DNA from: a virus
Taxonomy: Duplodnaviria; Heunggongvirae; Uroviricota; Caudoviricetes
Virus record (IMG/VR): IMGVR_UViG_2713896899_000013
Span: 1 to 14,478 of that record
DNA: 14,478 bases
Direction: 5' to 3' (one strand)
How positions within the stretch are numbered: the stretch's first letter is position 1; every line of letters starts with the position of its first letter. Below are positions 7,437 through 14,372 of the stretch, in pieces. The notes beneath the pieces were generated by a model that saw only the letters and a program-made list of their open reading frames with translations, searched no databases and was not told the DNA's origin. The translations under genes and the position numbers were made by a program.

Positions 7437-7996
7437 GCGTTAGTTTCTCCACAGTCACGACACGCCACGGCGCCCGGAGCTGCACACTCGCGGGCGTCAT
7501 TACTTTCTGAAATGCAAAAAATTTTGTAGACCAGTGCAGCATGCTCCTGCAGCTTCGAAATTGAGAGGTACAGCTCGTCGTTAATTGCTGTCTTCTCATG
7601 CGGTTCCACCACACCGTCTTCGATTGCAGAACGAATCTGTTTTGAATAACTGCCGATCTGTTCAATGACTTCCAGCAGACGCTGGTTAACATCGGCATTG
7701 TCCACATCCTCGACGTCAGGAAGAGACACAAAGACGCCATTTGCAGACTGCGCCACAGCATCAGCAATGAAGTGAGTGCCACCAGCACGCTGTAAAACCA
7801 TTGCCCATCCCAGCGGAAAAATCTGATCGCCATCTGCACGAAGGCGGTTGAATAAAGCGTTCTCTGTTACATCCAGCCAGTCAGCCGCTTCAGCGTAACC
7901 ACCCGGCAACGCCGCGATAGTTTTTCTGACAGCTTTCACGTACCACTCAGGCTGTTTTTCTATTTTCCAGTGATGCTTACCCACGATTAGCCTCAT
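7433..7996 (-). CDS. CII-like / YdaT-like regulatory protein
   Basis: Position immediately downstream of cro in the pR operon; 187 aa with a C-terminal Cys cluster; family assignment is from memory of prophage 'regulatory protein CII' (YdaT-like) proteins and is uncertain. Confidence 0.45.
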
Positions 7997-8027
7997 CGTT
8001 CTGTGGTTAAAAATTGAAAGTGTTCTG

Positions 8028-8228
8028 CTAATCTTTCGGATAGATATCCGGTCTTAAGTCAGATTTCGTAATTGCACCTGACGTGCATTGCTCAAGTTTT
8101 TTAGCCAGCACAAAACTGGCTTTTTTATAGCCATTGAAAACCAGCCGTAAGTAGCCAGGTGTTGAGCCAACTTTTCCGGCCAACTCGCCCTGCTGTTCTT
8201 TGGTTAAAGAGTCCCAATACGCTTTCAT
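8028..8228 (-). CDS. cro: Cro-like HTH regulator (YdaS/DUF1019-type), 66 aa
   Basis: MKAYWDSLTKEQQGELAGKVGSTPGYLRLVFNGYKK...ITKSDLRPDIYP; divergent from cI across an operator region; GGAGGT Shine-Dalgarno 9 nt upstream of the ATG at 8228. The track ORF 8028-8531 is an upstream extension through the operator region. Confidence 0.75.
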   Translation of the reverse strand: MKAYWDSLTKEQQGELAGKVGSTPGYLRLVFNGYKKASFVLAKKLEQCTSGAITKSDLRPDIYPKD

Positions 8229-8318
8229 ACAATATGTACCTCCGGTGTACATATTACATGATTGAAATGAACCTTCAAGATACTTGTACCTTAACGGTAC
8301 AAGGGTTTTAATTTCGTT
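8229..8318. promoter_or_regulatory. Divergent pR/pRM-like control region with two 19-bp operators (core TGTAC-N7-GTACA)
   Basis: Operators ATGTACCTCCGGTGTACAT (8234-8252) and TTGTACCTTAACGGTACAA (8284-8302). Minus-strand promoter: -35 TTGAAG (8278-8273), 16-nt spacer, -10 TAATAT (8256-8251). Plus-strand promoter: -35 TTGTAC (8284-8289), 17-nt spacer, -10 TTTAAT (8307-8312), start near the A of the cI ATG, implying a leaderless cI mRNA. Confidence 0.6.
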
Positions 8319-8993
8319 ATGAAAACAATCCATGACATCCGGCGGTCTAACGCCAGAAAACTGAGAGATGGTGTTGGCGGGAATTCTTCCTTTGCCACTA
8401 TGATTGATCGCGAGCCAACCCAGACCAGCAGGTTTATGGGAGATGGTGCTACTAAAAATATCGGTGACAGCATGGCACGACACATCGAAAAATGTTTCGA
8501 CCTGCCTGTCGGATGGCTCGATCAAGAACACCAGACAACGAACATCACAAAAAAACCTGATGTTTCAATCACTAATAAACAAATCACATTAGTCCCTGTC
8601 ATATCATGGGTACAGGCCGGAGCATGGAAAGAAGTTGGATATTCTGAGGTTGATTTGAGCACAGCAGAAACGTATCCCTGCCCTGTACCCTGTGGGGAAA
8701 TGACTTATATCTTGCGGGTGATAGGTGATTCAATGATTGATGAGTACCGCCCGGGAGACATGATTTTTGTCGATCCTGAAGTACCTGCCTGCCACGGTGA
8801 CGACGTTATTGCATTGATGCACGATACAGGTGAAACCACCTTCAAAAGGTTGATAGAAGATGGGACACAGCGTTATCTCAAAGCGTTAAACCCAAACTGG
8901 CCTGAGCCTTACATTAAGATCAACGGTAATTGCTCTATAATTGGAACTGTGATTTTCTCAGGAAAACCAAGAAGATACAAAATCAAAGCCTAA
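8319..8993 (+). CDS. cI: CI-type prophage repressor (HTH plus S24 LexA-like peptidase domain)
   Basis: C-terminal VIGDSM...GD...FKRL pattern of the S24 self-cleaving domain; divergent from cro; no Shine-Dalgarno, consistent with a leaderless transcript. Confidence 0.85.
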   Translation: MKTIHDIRRSNARKLRDGVGGNSSFATMIDREPTQTSRFMGDGATKNIGDSMARHIEKCFDLPVGWLDQEHQTTNITKKPDVSITNKQITLVPVISWVQAGAWKEVGYSEVDLSTAETYPCPVPCGEMTYILRVIGDSMIDEYRPGDMIFVDPEVPACHGDDVIALMHDTGETTFKRLIEDGTQRYLKALNPNWPEPYIKINGNCSIIGTVIFSGKPRRYKIKA

Positions 8994-9005
8994 TCAATGT
9001 TTATG

Positions 9006-9029
9006 AACCTGCTTCGGCAGGTTTTTTTA
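9006..9029 (+). terminator. Intrinsic terminator after cI
   Basis: Stem AACCTGC / GCAGGTT with loop TTCG, followed by TTTTTTT. Confidence 0.65.
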
Positions 9030-9032
9030 TAC

Positions 9033-9078
9033 TTGACAATGTACCCATGAGATACATAATGTACCCAAGAGAAACAAC
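9033..9078 (+). promoter_or_regulatory. pL-like promoter overlapped by operators of the same family as those at pR/pRM
   Basis: -35 TTGACA (9033-9038), 16-nt spacer, -10 CATAAT (9055-9060); operator ATGTACCCATGAGATACAT (9039-9057) has the same 19-bp TGTAC-N7 architecture; a degenerate second copy lies at 9058-9076. Confidence 0.55.
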
Positions 9079-9145
9079 AAACAGGCAGGACGCCCACGAA
9101 GTAGCCGCCAGGGGCATATGAAGTCCTGGATGATTCGTTAGTAAC

Positions 9146-9170
9146 AAAAAAAGCGTCGTACAGGACGCTT
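9146..9170 (-). terminator. Intrinsic terminator of the minus-strand secreted-protein gene
   Basis: Minus-strand reading: stem AAGCGTC / GACGCTT followed by TTTTTTTG. Confidence 0.6.
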
Positions 9171-9183
9171 CGCTCTTTAACAA
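9171..9183 (+). promoter_or_regulatory. boxA-like element (CGCTCTTTAACAA) directly after a hairpin, about 105 nt downstream of the pL-like start
   Basis: 12 of 13 match to the rrn boxA consensus TGCTCTTTAACAA and contains the lambda boxA core CGCTCTT; hairpin-then-boxA order as in rrn leaders. Confidence 0.4.
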
Positions 9184-9193
9184 TCTGGATGAC

Positions 9194-9709
9194 TTATCGG
9201 TCAGATTTAAACTGGGGTTCTGGCAAAACTGGTGGTGTTGAATCTTCAAATCGTAACCAGTGTTCCCAAATATCATGTGTTCGTAATTTCTGTAGACTAA
9301 TTTGACGCGATGCAATTGCGGAATTAGTGGTTACTCCACCAGAAGCATCGCCCTCTACTGACGTTGAGGCTTTTTCTACTAATTCTGACCAAGCTTCACT
9401 TTCTGCGTCAAAAGCTTCTGTTAAGTCCCGCAGACGCTGTGGCTCATTTTTATGGTCTTCCTTCAAACGATTCAAAGCGGCAGTTGAATACTTATTCCTG
9501 ACCCATTCGATCTGAGTTAGCTGAATCCGCAGACAATTATCTATATCAATGGTTGTGTTCTGAGGCATGTCAGAACAAGAAATATAAAAGGTCACAACTC
9601 CACCGTTCAAACTACTGCCCGGTTCGATTAAAACATTAGAGGAATTTGACGTAGTCGGCAATATTAATGCTAACGACAAAACCACATGTTTAACAGAAAT
9701 CGCACCCAT
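9194..9709 (-). CDS. Small secreted/periplasmic protein (171 aa), possibly LprI/DUF1311-like; gene lies antisense to the pL direction
   Basis: AGAGGG Shine-Dalgarno upstream of the ATG at 9709; N-terminal hydrophobic signal-like segment VVLSLALIL; own terminator; the family guess is weak. Confidence 0.55.
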   Translation of the reverse strand: MGAISVKHVVLSLALILPTTSNSSNVLIEPGSSLNGGVVTFYISCSDMPQNTTIDIDNCLRIQLTQIEWVRNKYSTAALNRLKEDHKNEPQRLRDLTEAFDAESEAWSELVEKASTSVEGDASGGVTTNSAIASRQISLQKLRTHDIWEHWLRFEDSTPPVLPEPQFKSDR

Positions 9710-10040
9710 TTAAATTGCCCTCTTAAGAACAAGGTCATCCAGATTAACCGAAACCTGGTTATTGGGGAATAACCAAATCCACCTCGCCTGATGTGGCTAA
9801 AAGCAGGCACATAACAGCTAAGTATTTTCAACCAGAGAGAATCCTTAGCGTTGTGGTGAATGCGGCTCAGCGCACGCGGGTTAAGGTTGAGGCTGACAGT
9901 CGACCTTCTGTGGATACCCACCCGTCTGGTGTGCAACCTTCGCCAGGCACCGGGAGGCACCCGGCACCACAACTTTATGCTGTGTGTAGTCTTGGGGGTA
10001 CCAGTTTGTACCCTTGCTTCCGGCTGGTACCGTCCTTTTT

Positions 10041-10129
10041 ACAAAACAGAGAAGAGCATCACCGGACGACGGGCTCATAACCCAATCCATCCGGGCGGCT
10101 GCCACCGCAGGTGTTCTTCTCTGTTTTGT
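10041..10129. repeat. Perfect 15-bp inverted repeat (ACAAAACAGAGAAGA / TCTTCTCTGTTTTGT) flanking a 59-bp GC-rich segment
   Basis: Read directly; arms at 10041-10055 and 10115-10129; lies in a non-coding, hairpin-rich stretch immediately upstream of the yfdP-like gene. Confidence 0.8.
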
Positions 10130-10177
10130 GGAGAAACCAACTGGCCTTGCAGGGTCGATATGATGAGGAGCAGCAAA

Positions 10178-10540
10178 ATGGCTAGCGAACGCAGTACTGA
10201 TGTGCAGGCATTTATCGGGGAGCTGGACGGCGGCGTATTTGAAACCAAAATCGGCGCAGTTCTCAGTGAAGTCGCTTCCGGTGTGATGAACACGAAAACC
10301 AAAGGTAAGGTCTCACTCAACCTGGAAATCGAACCATTTGATGAGAACCGTGTGAAAATCAAACACAAACTCTCATATGTTCGCCCGACTAACCGCGGGA
10401 AAATTTCCGAAGAAGACACCACCGAAACGCCGATGTATGTCAATCGCGGTGGTCGCCTGACTATTCTGCAGGAAGACCAGGGACAATTACTAACTCTTGC
10501 CGGTGAACCTGACGGAAAACTCCGCGCAGCAGGTCATTAA
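10178..10540 (+). CDS. YfdP-like hypothetical protein (120 aa)
   Basis: GAGGAG 7 nt upstream of the ATG at 10178; size and position upstream of the YfdQ-like gene match the CPS-53 yfdP-yfdQ arrangement as I recall it. The track ORF 9860-10540 is a non-coding upstream extension. Confidence 0.6.
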   Translation: MASERSTDVQAFIGELDGGVFETKIGAVLSEVASGVMNTKTKGKVSLNLEIEPFDENRVKIKHKLSYVRPTNRGKISEEDTTETPMYVNRGGRLTILQEDQGQLLTLAGEPDGKLRAAGH

Positions 10541-10605
10541 TATCGTTCTTAATTAACTGATTATTTATCTCATCACTGAATATCTTTATATAGTGAGGAC
10601 TTATT

Positions 10606-11430
10606 ATGTCTCAGAACTTAGACGCAACCGCAATTAATCAAATCCATGCCCTTATTTCTGCTCAGGGTGTTAATGAAATTATCAGTAAGATTGGTGCCGA
10701 TGCTGTGGCATTGCCTGAGAATTTCCGCATTCATGATCTGGAAAAATTTAATTTAAATCGCTTCCGTTTCCGTGGTGCGCTTTCCACTGCCAGCATCGAT
10801 GACTTTACCCATTATTCCAAAGATCTTGCAGATGAAGGCACCCGCTGCTTTATCGATGCTGATAATATGCGTGCTGTCAGTGTGCTTAATCTGGGTACTA
10901 TTGATGAACCAGGTCACGCAGATAACACCGCCACTCTCAAACTGAAAAAGACAGCACCGTTCTCTGCACTGTTGTCTGTTAACGGCGAGCGTAACTCCCA
11001 GAAGTCACTGGCAGAATGGATTGAAGACTGGGCCGACTACCTTGTGGGCTTTGATGCTAATGGTGACACCATTCAGGCAACCAAAGCGGCTGCGGCGATC
11101 CGTAAAATCACGATTGAAGCAAACCAGACCGCTGATTTTGAAGATAATGACTTCAGCGGCAAACGCTCCCTGATGGAGTCTGTCGAAGCGAAGACCAAAG
11201 ACATTATGCCAGTGGCATTTGAATTTAAATGCGTTCCGTTTGAAGGCCTGAAAGAACGTCCGTTTAAATTACGCCTCAGCATTATCACTGGCGATCGTCC
11301 GGTACTGGTTCTGCGCATTATTCAGCTGGAAGCGGTGCAGGAGGAAATGGCTAACGAATTTCGTGATCTGCTTGTTGAGAAATTCAAAGACAGCAAAGTA
11401 GAAACCTTTATTGGTACTTTCACCGCCTGA
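10606..11430 (+). CDS. yfdQ: YfdQ-like protein (DUF2303 family), 274 aa
   Basis: GAGGA Shine-Dalgarno; length identical to E. coli K-12 YfdQ and the same gene order with the HD-domain gene; the assignment is from memory, not a search. Confidence 0.7.
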   Translation: MSQNLDATAINQIHALISAQGVNEIISKIGADAVALPENFRIHDLEKFNLNRFRFRGALSTASIDDFTHYSKDLADEGTRCFIDADNMRAVSVLNLGTIDEPGHADNTATLKLKKTAPFSALLSVNGERNSQKSLAEWIEDWADYLVGFDANGDTIQATKAAAAIRKITIEANQTADFEDNDFSGKRSLMESVEAKTKDIMPVAFEFKCVPFEGLKERPFKLRLSIITGDRPVLVLRIIQLEAVQEEMANEFRDLLVEKFKDSKVETFIGTFTA

Positions 11431-11445
11431 TTTCATTACTGCAAA

Positions 11446-11470
11446 TGCCCCTGCGGGGGCATTTATGGAA
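11446..11470 (+). terminator. Terminator-like hairpin after the yfdQ-like gene
   Basis: AAATGCCCC tgcg GGGGCATTT, 9-bp stem; the following U-tract is weak (TTTATGG). Confidence 0.4.
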
Positions 11471-11557
11471 ACATAATTTACTCAATAATCGCCGGATGGT
11501 GAGGGCTTCCTTTTACCCGAATTCAGCGCGGTGCAGCGCATATACGTGGAGAACAAA

Positions 11558-12094
11558 ATGTCATTTATTAAAACTTTTTCCGGGAAGCATTTTTATTATG
11601 ACAAGATAAATAAAGACGACATCGATATTAACGATATCGCGGTTTCCCTTTCAAATATCTGTCGCTTTGCAGGACATCTTTCACACTTCTACAGCGTCGC
11701 CCAACATGCGGTGCTTTGCAGCCAGCTGGTACCGCAGGAATTTGCTTTTGAAGCGTTAATGCATGATGCAACAGAAGCTTATTGTCAGGACATCCCCGCG
11801 CCACTGAAACGCCTTCTTCCTGACTATAAACAGATGGAAGAAAAAATAGACGCCGTGATCCGTGAGAAATACGGGTTACCCCCGGTGATGAGCACGCCCG
11901 TGAAATATGTCGATCTCATCATGCTGGCAACCGAACGCCGCGATCTCGGGCTTGATGATGGCTCTTTCTGGCCTGTACTGGAAGGAATCCCGGCAACAGA
12001 GATGTTCAACGTGATTCCACTGGCACCGGGCCATGCCTACGGGATGTTTATAGAACGCTTCAACGAGTTATCGGAGTTACGCAAATGCGCATGA
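11558..12094 (+). CDS. yfdR: HD-domain phosphohydrolase (YfdR-like 5'-deoxynucleotidase), 178 aa
   Basis: H...HD metal-binding motif (VAQHAVL ... ALMHDATEAY); GGAGAA 5 nt upstream of the ATG at 11558; the track's 11531 start is an upstream GTG. Confidence 0.8.
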   Translation: MSFIKTFSGKHFYYDKINKDDIDINDIAVSLSNICRFAGHLSHFYSVAQHAVLCSQLVPQEFAFEALMHDATEAYCQDIPAPLKRLLPDYKQMEEKIDAVIREKYGLPPVMSTPVKYVDLIMLATERRDLGLDDGSFWPVLEGIPATEMFNVIPLAPGHAYGMFIERFNELSELRKCA

Positions 12095-12447
12095 ATGTCT
12101 TCGAAATGGAAGGGTTTCTTCGCGGGAAATGTGTACCGCGAGATCTGAAAGTGAATGAAACGGATGCTGAATACCTGGTACGTAAATTCGATGCGCTTGA
12201 AGCTAAATGTGCAGCACAGGAAAACAAAGTAATACCTGTGTCAGCTGAACTGCCGCCAGCAAATGAAAATGTTCTGTTATTTGATGCTAATGGAGAAGGC
12301 TGGCTGATTGGCTGGCGTTCTCTCTGGTACACATGGGGGCAAAAAGAAACCGGAGAATGGCAGTGGACATTTCAGGTCGGGGACCTTGAAAACGTCAATA
12401 TCACTCACTGGGCAGTAATGCCGAAAGCACCGGAGACTAAGAAATGA
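12085..12447 (+). CDS. yfdS: YfdS-like protein (DUF551 family), 120 aa
   Basis: GGAG 8 nt upstream of the ATG; overlaps the yfdR-like 3' end by 10 nt; size matches K-12 YfdS. Confidence 0.7.
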   Translation: MRMNVFEMEGFLRGKCVPRDLKVNETDAEYLVRKFDALEAKCAAQENKVIPVSAELPPANENVLLFDANGEGWLIGWRSLWYTWGQKETGEWQWTFQVGDLENVNITHWAVMPKAPETKK

Positions 12448-12650
12448 GCGTGATAAAAACTCATACAGTAATTGTTATCACCCGAGACGGTGAAAAGCGG
12501 ATGAAACTACATTCCACTGAAACGTCCTGGGTTGCTGGACGTTGTGAATCCTACGACAAAAAGACTGGTTACCGTTGGGGTGCGCCAAACATGCGTCGCC
12601 GTCTGCTCCTGGACAGCATCAGGCCAATTAAACAGGTAGCAACCAGATAA
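12444..12650 (+). CDS. Small hypothetical protein (68 aa), translationally coupled to the yfdS-like gene
   Basis: ATGA start/stop overlap; GGAGA 7 nt upstream of the ATG. Confidence 0.55.
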   Translation: MSVIKTHTVIVITRDGEKRMKLHSTETSWVAGRCESYDKKTGYRWGAPNMRRRLLLDSIRPIKQVATR

Positions 12651-12718
12651 CAAAATTAATTATCAGGACTGAAATTTGATATTACTGCCCGTGTGCAGCG
12701 GGCTAAGTGGAGAAACAT

Positions 12719-12925
12719 ATGCTGAACCTCGATTGTGTTCCTATCTCAACTTATTGCAAAGAAACTGGCGAAACTCCTGAAGCAATAAACAAACGTGTAC
12801 AGCGCGGTGTTTGGCGTGAAGGTGTTCAGGTTTTAAAGGTTGAAGGCGTTAAGGAGAGGTGGATTGATCTTAGTGAGGTTGCAAAATGGGCCAGACAAAA
12901 CTGCTCAAACTACCGCGCGGCGTAA
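12719..12925 (+). CDS. xis: Excisionase-like small DNA-binding protein
   Basis: Small basic protein directly upstream of, and overlapping, the integrase gene, as lambda xis does with int; GGAGAA upstream of the ATG at 12719 (the track's 12707 is a GTG). Confidence 0.6.
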   Translation: MLNLDCVPISTYCKETGETPEAINKRVQRGVWREGVQVLKVEGVKERWIDLSEVAKWARQNCSNYRAA

Positions 12926-14064
12926 CAATCAGGAAACACCGCCAGGGCGAAACGATCAATATAACTTTCACCTACAAAGGAGTTAAATGTCGTGAGCCTC
13001 TTTCCAATCTGGAAGTAACACCAAAGAACATTAAATACGCCGAGCGCACACTCGGCGAAATTCATAATAAGATCGAAAGGGGAACATTCATTTATGCGGA
13101 ATATTTTCCCCGTTCTGCTCGTTTGAAAATTTTTGGTAATGCTGCTGCAGGCAAAACGGTAAAAATGTACCTGGACGAATACCTTGAAATCTGCGAAACG
13201 AGAAAACTTTCACCATCTACGATTGGTGGCTATAAAAAATGCCGTAGTGCGTTAGCCTCACTCCACATTTGCCCTGCAAGTGAATTAACACCAGCAATCC
13301 TGAAAGCGTGGATTCAAAGCCAGAAAACGACCTTAAAAACAATTCGCAACCAGTTATCTTTCCTGCGGTCAGCACTTGATGAAGCCGTAACCGATGGGGT
13401 ACTTCAAATTAACCCCGTATCGTTGGTAACTGCTTCGCGCTACCAAAGTGATAAGTCAGAAGCAGAAAGCAGCTACGTGGTTGATCCGCTATCACCAGCA
13501 GAAGTTGATGCATTACTAGCGGCTGCTGGAAATAAACAATGGGAGAATCTGTTCCGGTTCGCCATACATACAGGCCTGCGTAGTTCTGAATTATGTGCCC
13601 TTCGATGGCGTGATATCGACTTTGTTGGAAAAACTGCCCATGTCCAGAGCGCAAGTGTTGTCGGTGTTATCAAAGGGACAAAGACAAAAGCCGGTACTCG
13701 TAAAGTTGAACTGACAGAAGAGGCAATGTTGGCGCTGATAAATCAGAAGCCATTTACATTCATGAAGGATGCTACTGTCTTTGAAGATCCAAAGACCAAT
13801 AAGCCTTGGGCAAGTGCTGATGCAATTAGGAAAAAAGCATGGGTGCCAATATTGCGAAAAGCAGGTATTCGTTACAGAAACCCATATCAGACCAGGCATA
13901 CATTCGCCACCAGCCATATCAGCCGAGGGGCAAACCTGTTTTGGCTTTCAGTTCAAATGGGGCATAAAGGGCCGGAGATGCTTTTCAGGCACTATGGTCG
14001 ATATTTGAAAGACTATGATGGAAATACAGAACACAAGCCTAAGCTGGTCAGTGGTAAGACATAA
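12886..14064 (+). CDS. int: Tyrosine recombinase / phage integrase (392 aa)
   Basis: C-terminal catalytic region with conserved R (GLRSSE), H-x-x-R (QTRHTFAT) and the terminal H...Y (HKGPEMLFRHYGRY) pattern; sits next to the att core. Confidence 0.9.
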   Translation: MGQTKLLKLPRGVTIRKHRQGETINITFTYKGVKCREPLSNLEVTPKNIKYAERTLGEIHNKIERGTFIYAEYFPRSARLKIFGNAAAGKTVKMYLDEYLEICETRKLSPSTIGGYKKCRSALASLHICPASELTPAILKAWIQSQKTTLKTIRNQLSFLRSALDEAVTDGVLQINPVSLVTASRYQSDKSEAESSYVVDPLSPAEVDALLAAAGNKQWENLFRFAIHTGLRSSELCALRWRDIDFVGKTAHVQSASVVGVIKGTKTKAGTRKVELTEEAMLALINQKPFTFMKDATVFEDPKTNKPWASADAIRKKAWVPILRKAGIRYRNPYQTRHTFATSHISRGANLFWLSVQMGHKGPEMLFRHYGRYLKDYDGNTEHKPKLVSGKT

Positions 14065-14137
14065 AAGGAGCCGCAAAAGATCCGCATAATAAAATGATTA
14101 GTATTAATCGTTTTATTTCAGCTAATTATAAAAATAC

Positions 14138-14169
14138 GGACTCGGGTTCAACTCCCGCCAGCTCCACCA
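14138..14169 (+). other. ssrA: Attachment-site core: copy of the last ~32 nt of ssrA (tmRNA) ending in CCA, with one mismatch; not a complete tmRNA gene
   Basis: GGACTCGGGTTCAACTCCCGCCAGCTCCACCA versus the E. coli tmRNA 3' end GGACGCGGGTTCAACTCCCGCCAGCTCCACCA (recalled); the sequence upstream is the int gene, so the 5' 330 nt of ssrA are absent here. Confidence 0.8.
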
Positions 14170-14214
14170 AAATTCTCCATCGGTGATTACCAGAGTCATC
14201 CGATGAAGTCCTAA

Positions 14215-14248
14215 GAGCCCGCACGGCGCAAGCCCTGCGGGCTTTTTT
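14215..14248 (+). terminator. Intrinsic terminator downstream of the ssrA fragment (likely the native ssrA terminator)
   Basis: Stem GCCCGCA / TGCGGGC followed by TTTTTT. Confidence 0.7.
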
Positions 14249-14317
14249 GTACCCTCAATTTGTCCCGCGAAGTCCGAAGAGAACTAATTAAATCCGAACC
14301 TTTTAGGCCCATTGATA

Positions 14318-14352
14318 GGCCCAACGAAAAGCTCTATTGTTTTCGTTGGGCC
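14318..14352. promoter_or_regulatory. Perfect 13-bp palindrome upstream of the second integrase
   Basis: GGCCCAACGAAAA (14318-14330) and TTTTCGTTGGGCC (14340-14352) around a 9-nt loop, plus a direct repeat AGGCCCA at 14305 and 14317; no U-tract, so it is more likely a binding site or 5' UTR structure than a terminator. Confidence 0.4.
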
Positions 14353-14372
14353 TAAACGCATGGAGACTCCCC

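Larger units (their letters stand above)
1..14169. mobile_element. Lambdoid prophage, early/regulatory/integration half; right boundary at the ssrA-derived att core, left boundary outside the window
   Basis: Contiguous phage gene set (Q, rusA, O-like with iterons, cro/cI with shared operators, xis, int) ending at a 32-nt copy of the tmRNA 3' end; no lysis or structural genes in the window. Confidence 0.8.

Noticed and set aside
7330-7839. 169-aa minus-strand ORF inside the CII-like gene
   Set aside because: Alternative frame of 7433-7996 with Trp/Cys-rich composition and no independent start context.
8291-8592. ORFs 8291-8485 (-) and 8404-8592 (+) inside cI
   Set aside because: They overlap the cI coding sequence out of frame.
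9001-9515. ORFs 9001-9315 (-), 8930-9121 (+) and 9327-9515 (+)
   Set aside because: They span the cI terminator, the pL-like promoter/operators and the terminator hairpin, or lie antisense inside the secreted-protein gene; the only plus-strand ATG with a context near the pL start gives a 7-codon peptide.
9670-10443. ORFs 9670-9972 (-), 9793-10080 (+), 9881-10105 (-), 10075-10443 (-) and the 5' extension of 9860-10540; considered as candidates for an N-like antiterminator
   Set aside because: They overlap one another across the hairpin-rich non-coding stretch. The Arg-rich one (9670-9972) is on the wrong strand for a pL-driven N gene and overlaps the start of the secreted-protein gene. The real yfdP-like start is at 10178, which has the Shine-Dalgarno.
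11073-14008. ORFs 11073-11318, 11824-12009, 12060-12332, 13409-13654, 13473-13673, 13591-13917 (all minus) and 13769-14008 (+)
   Set aside because: Antisense or off-frame within the yfdQ-like, yfdR-like, yfdS-like and integrase genes.
14138-14169. Possibility of a complete tmRNA or tRNA gene
   Set aside because: Only the last 32 nt of the tmRNA acceptor/T-arm are present, with a stem-disrupting mismatch; the sequence upstream is the integrase gene. It is an att-site remnant.
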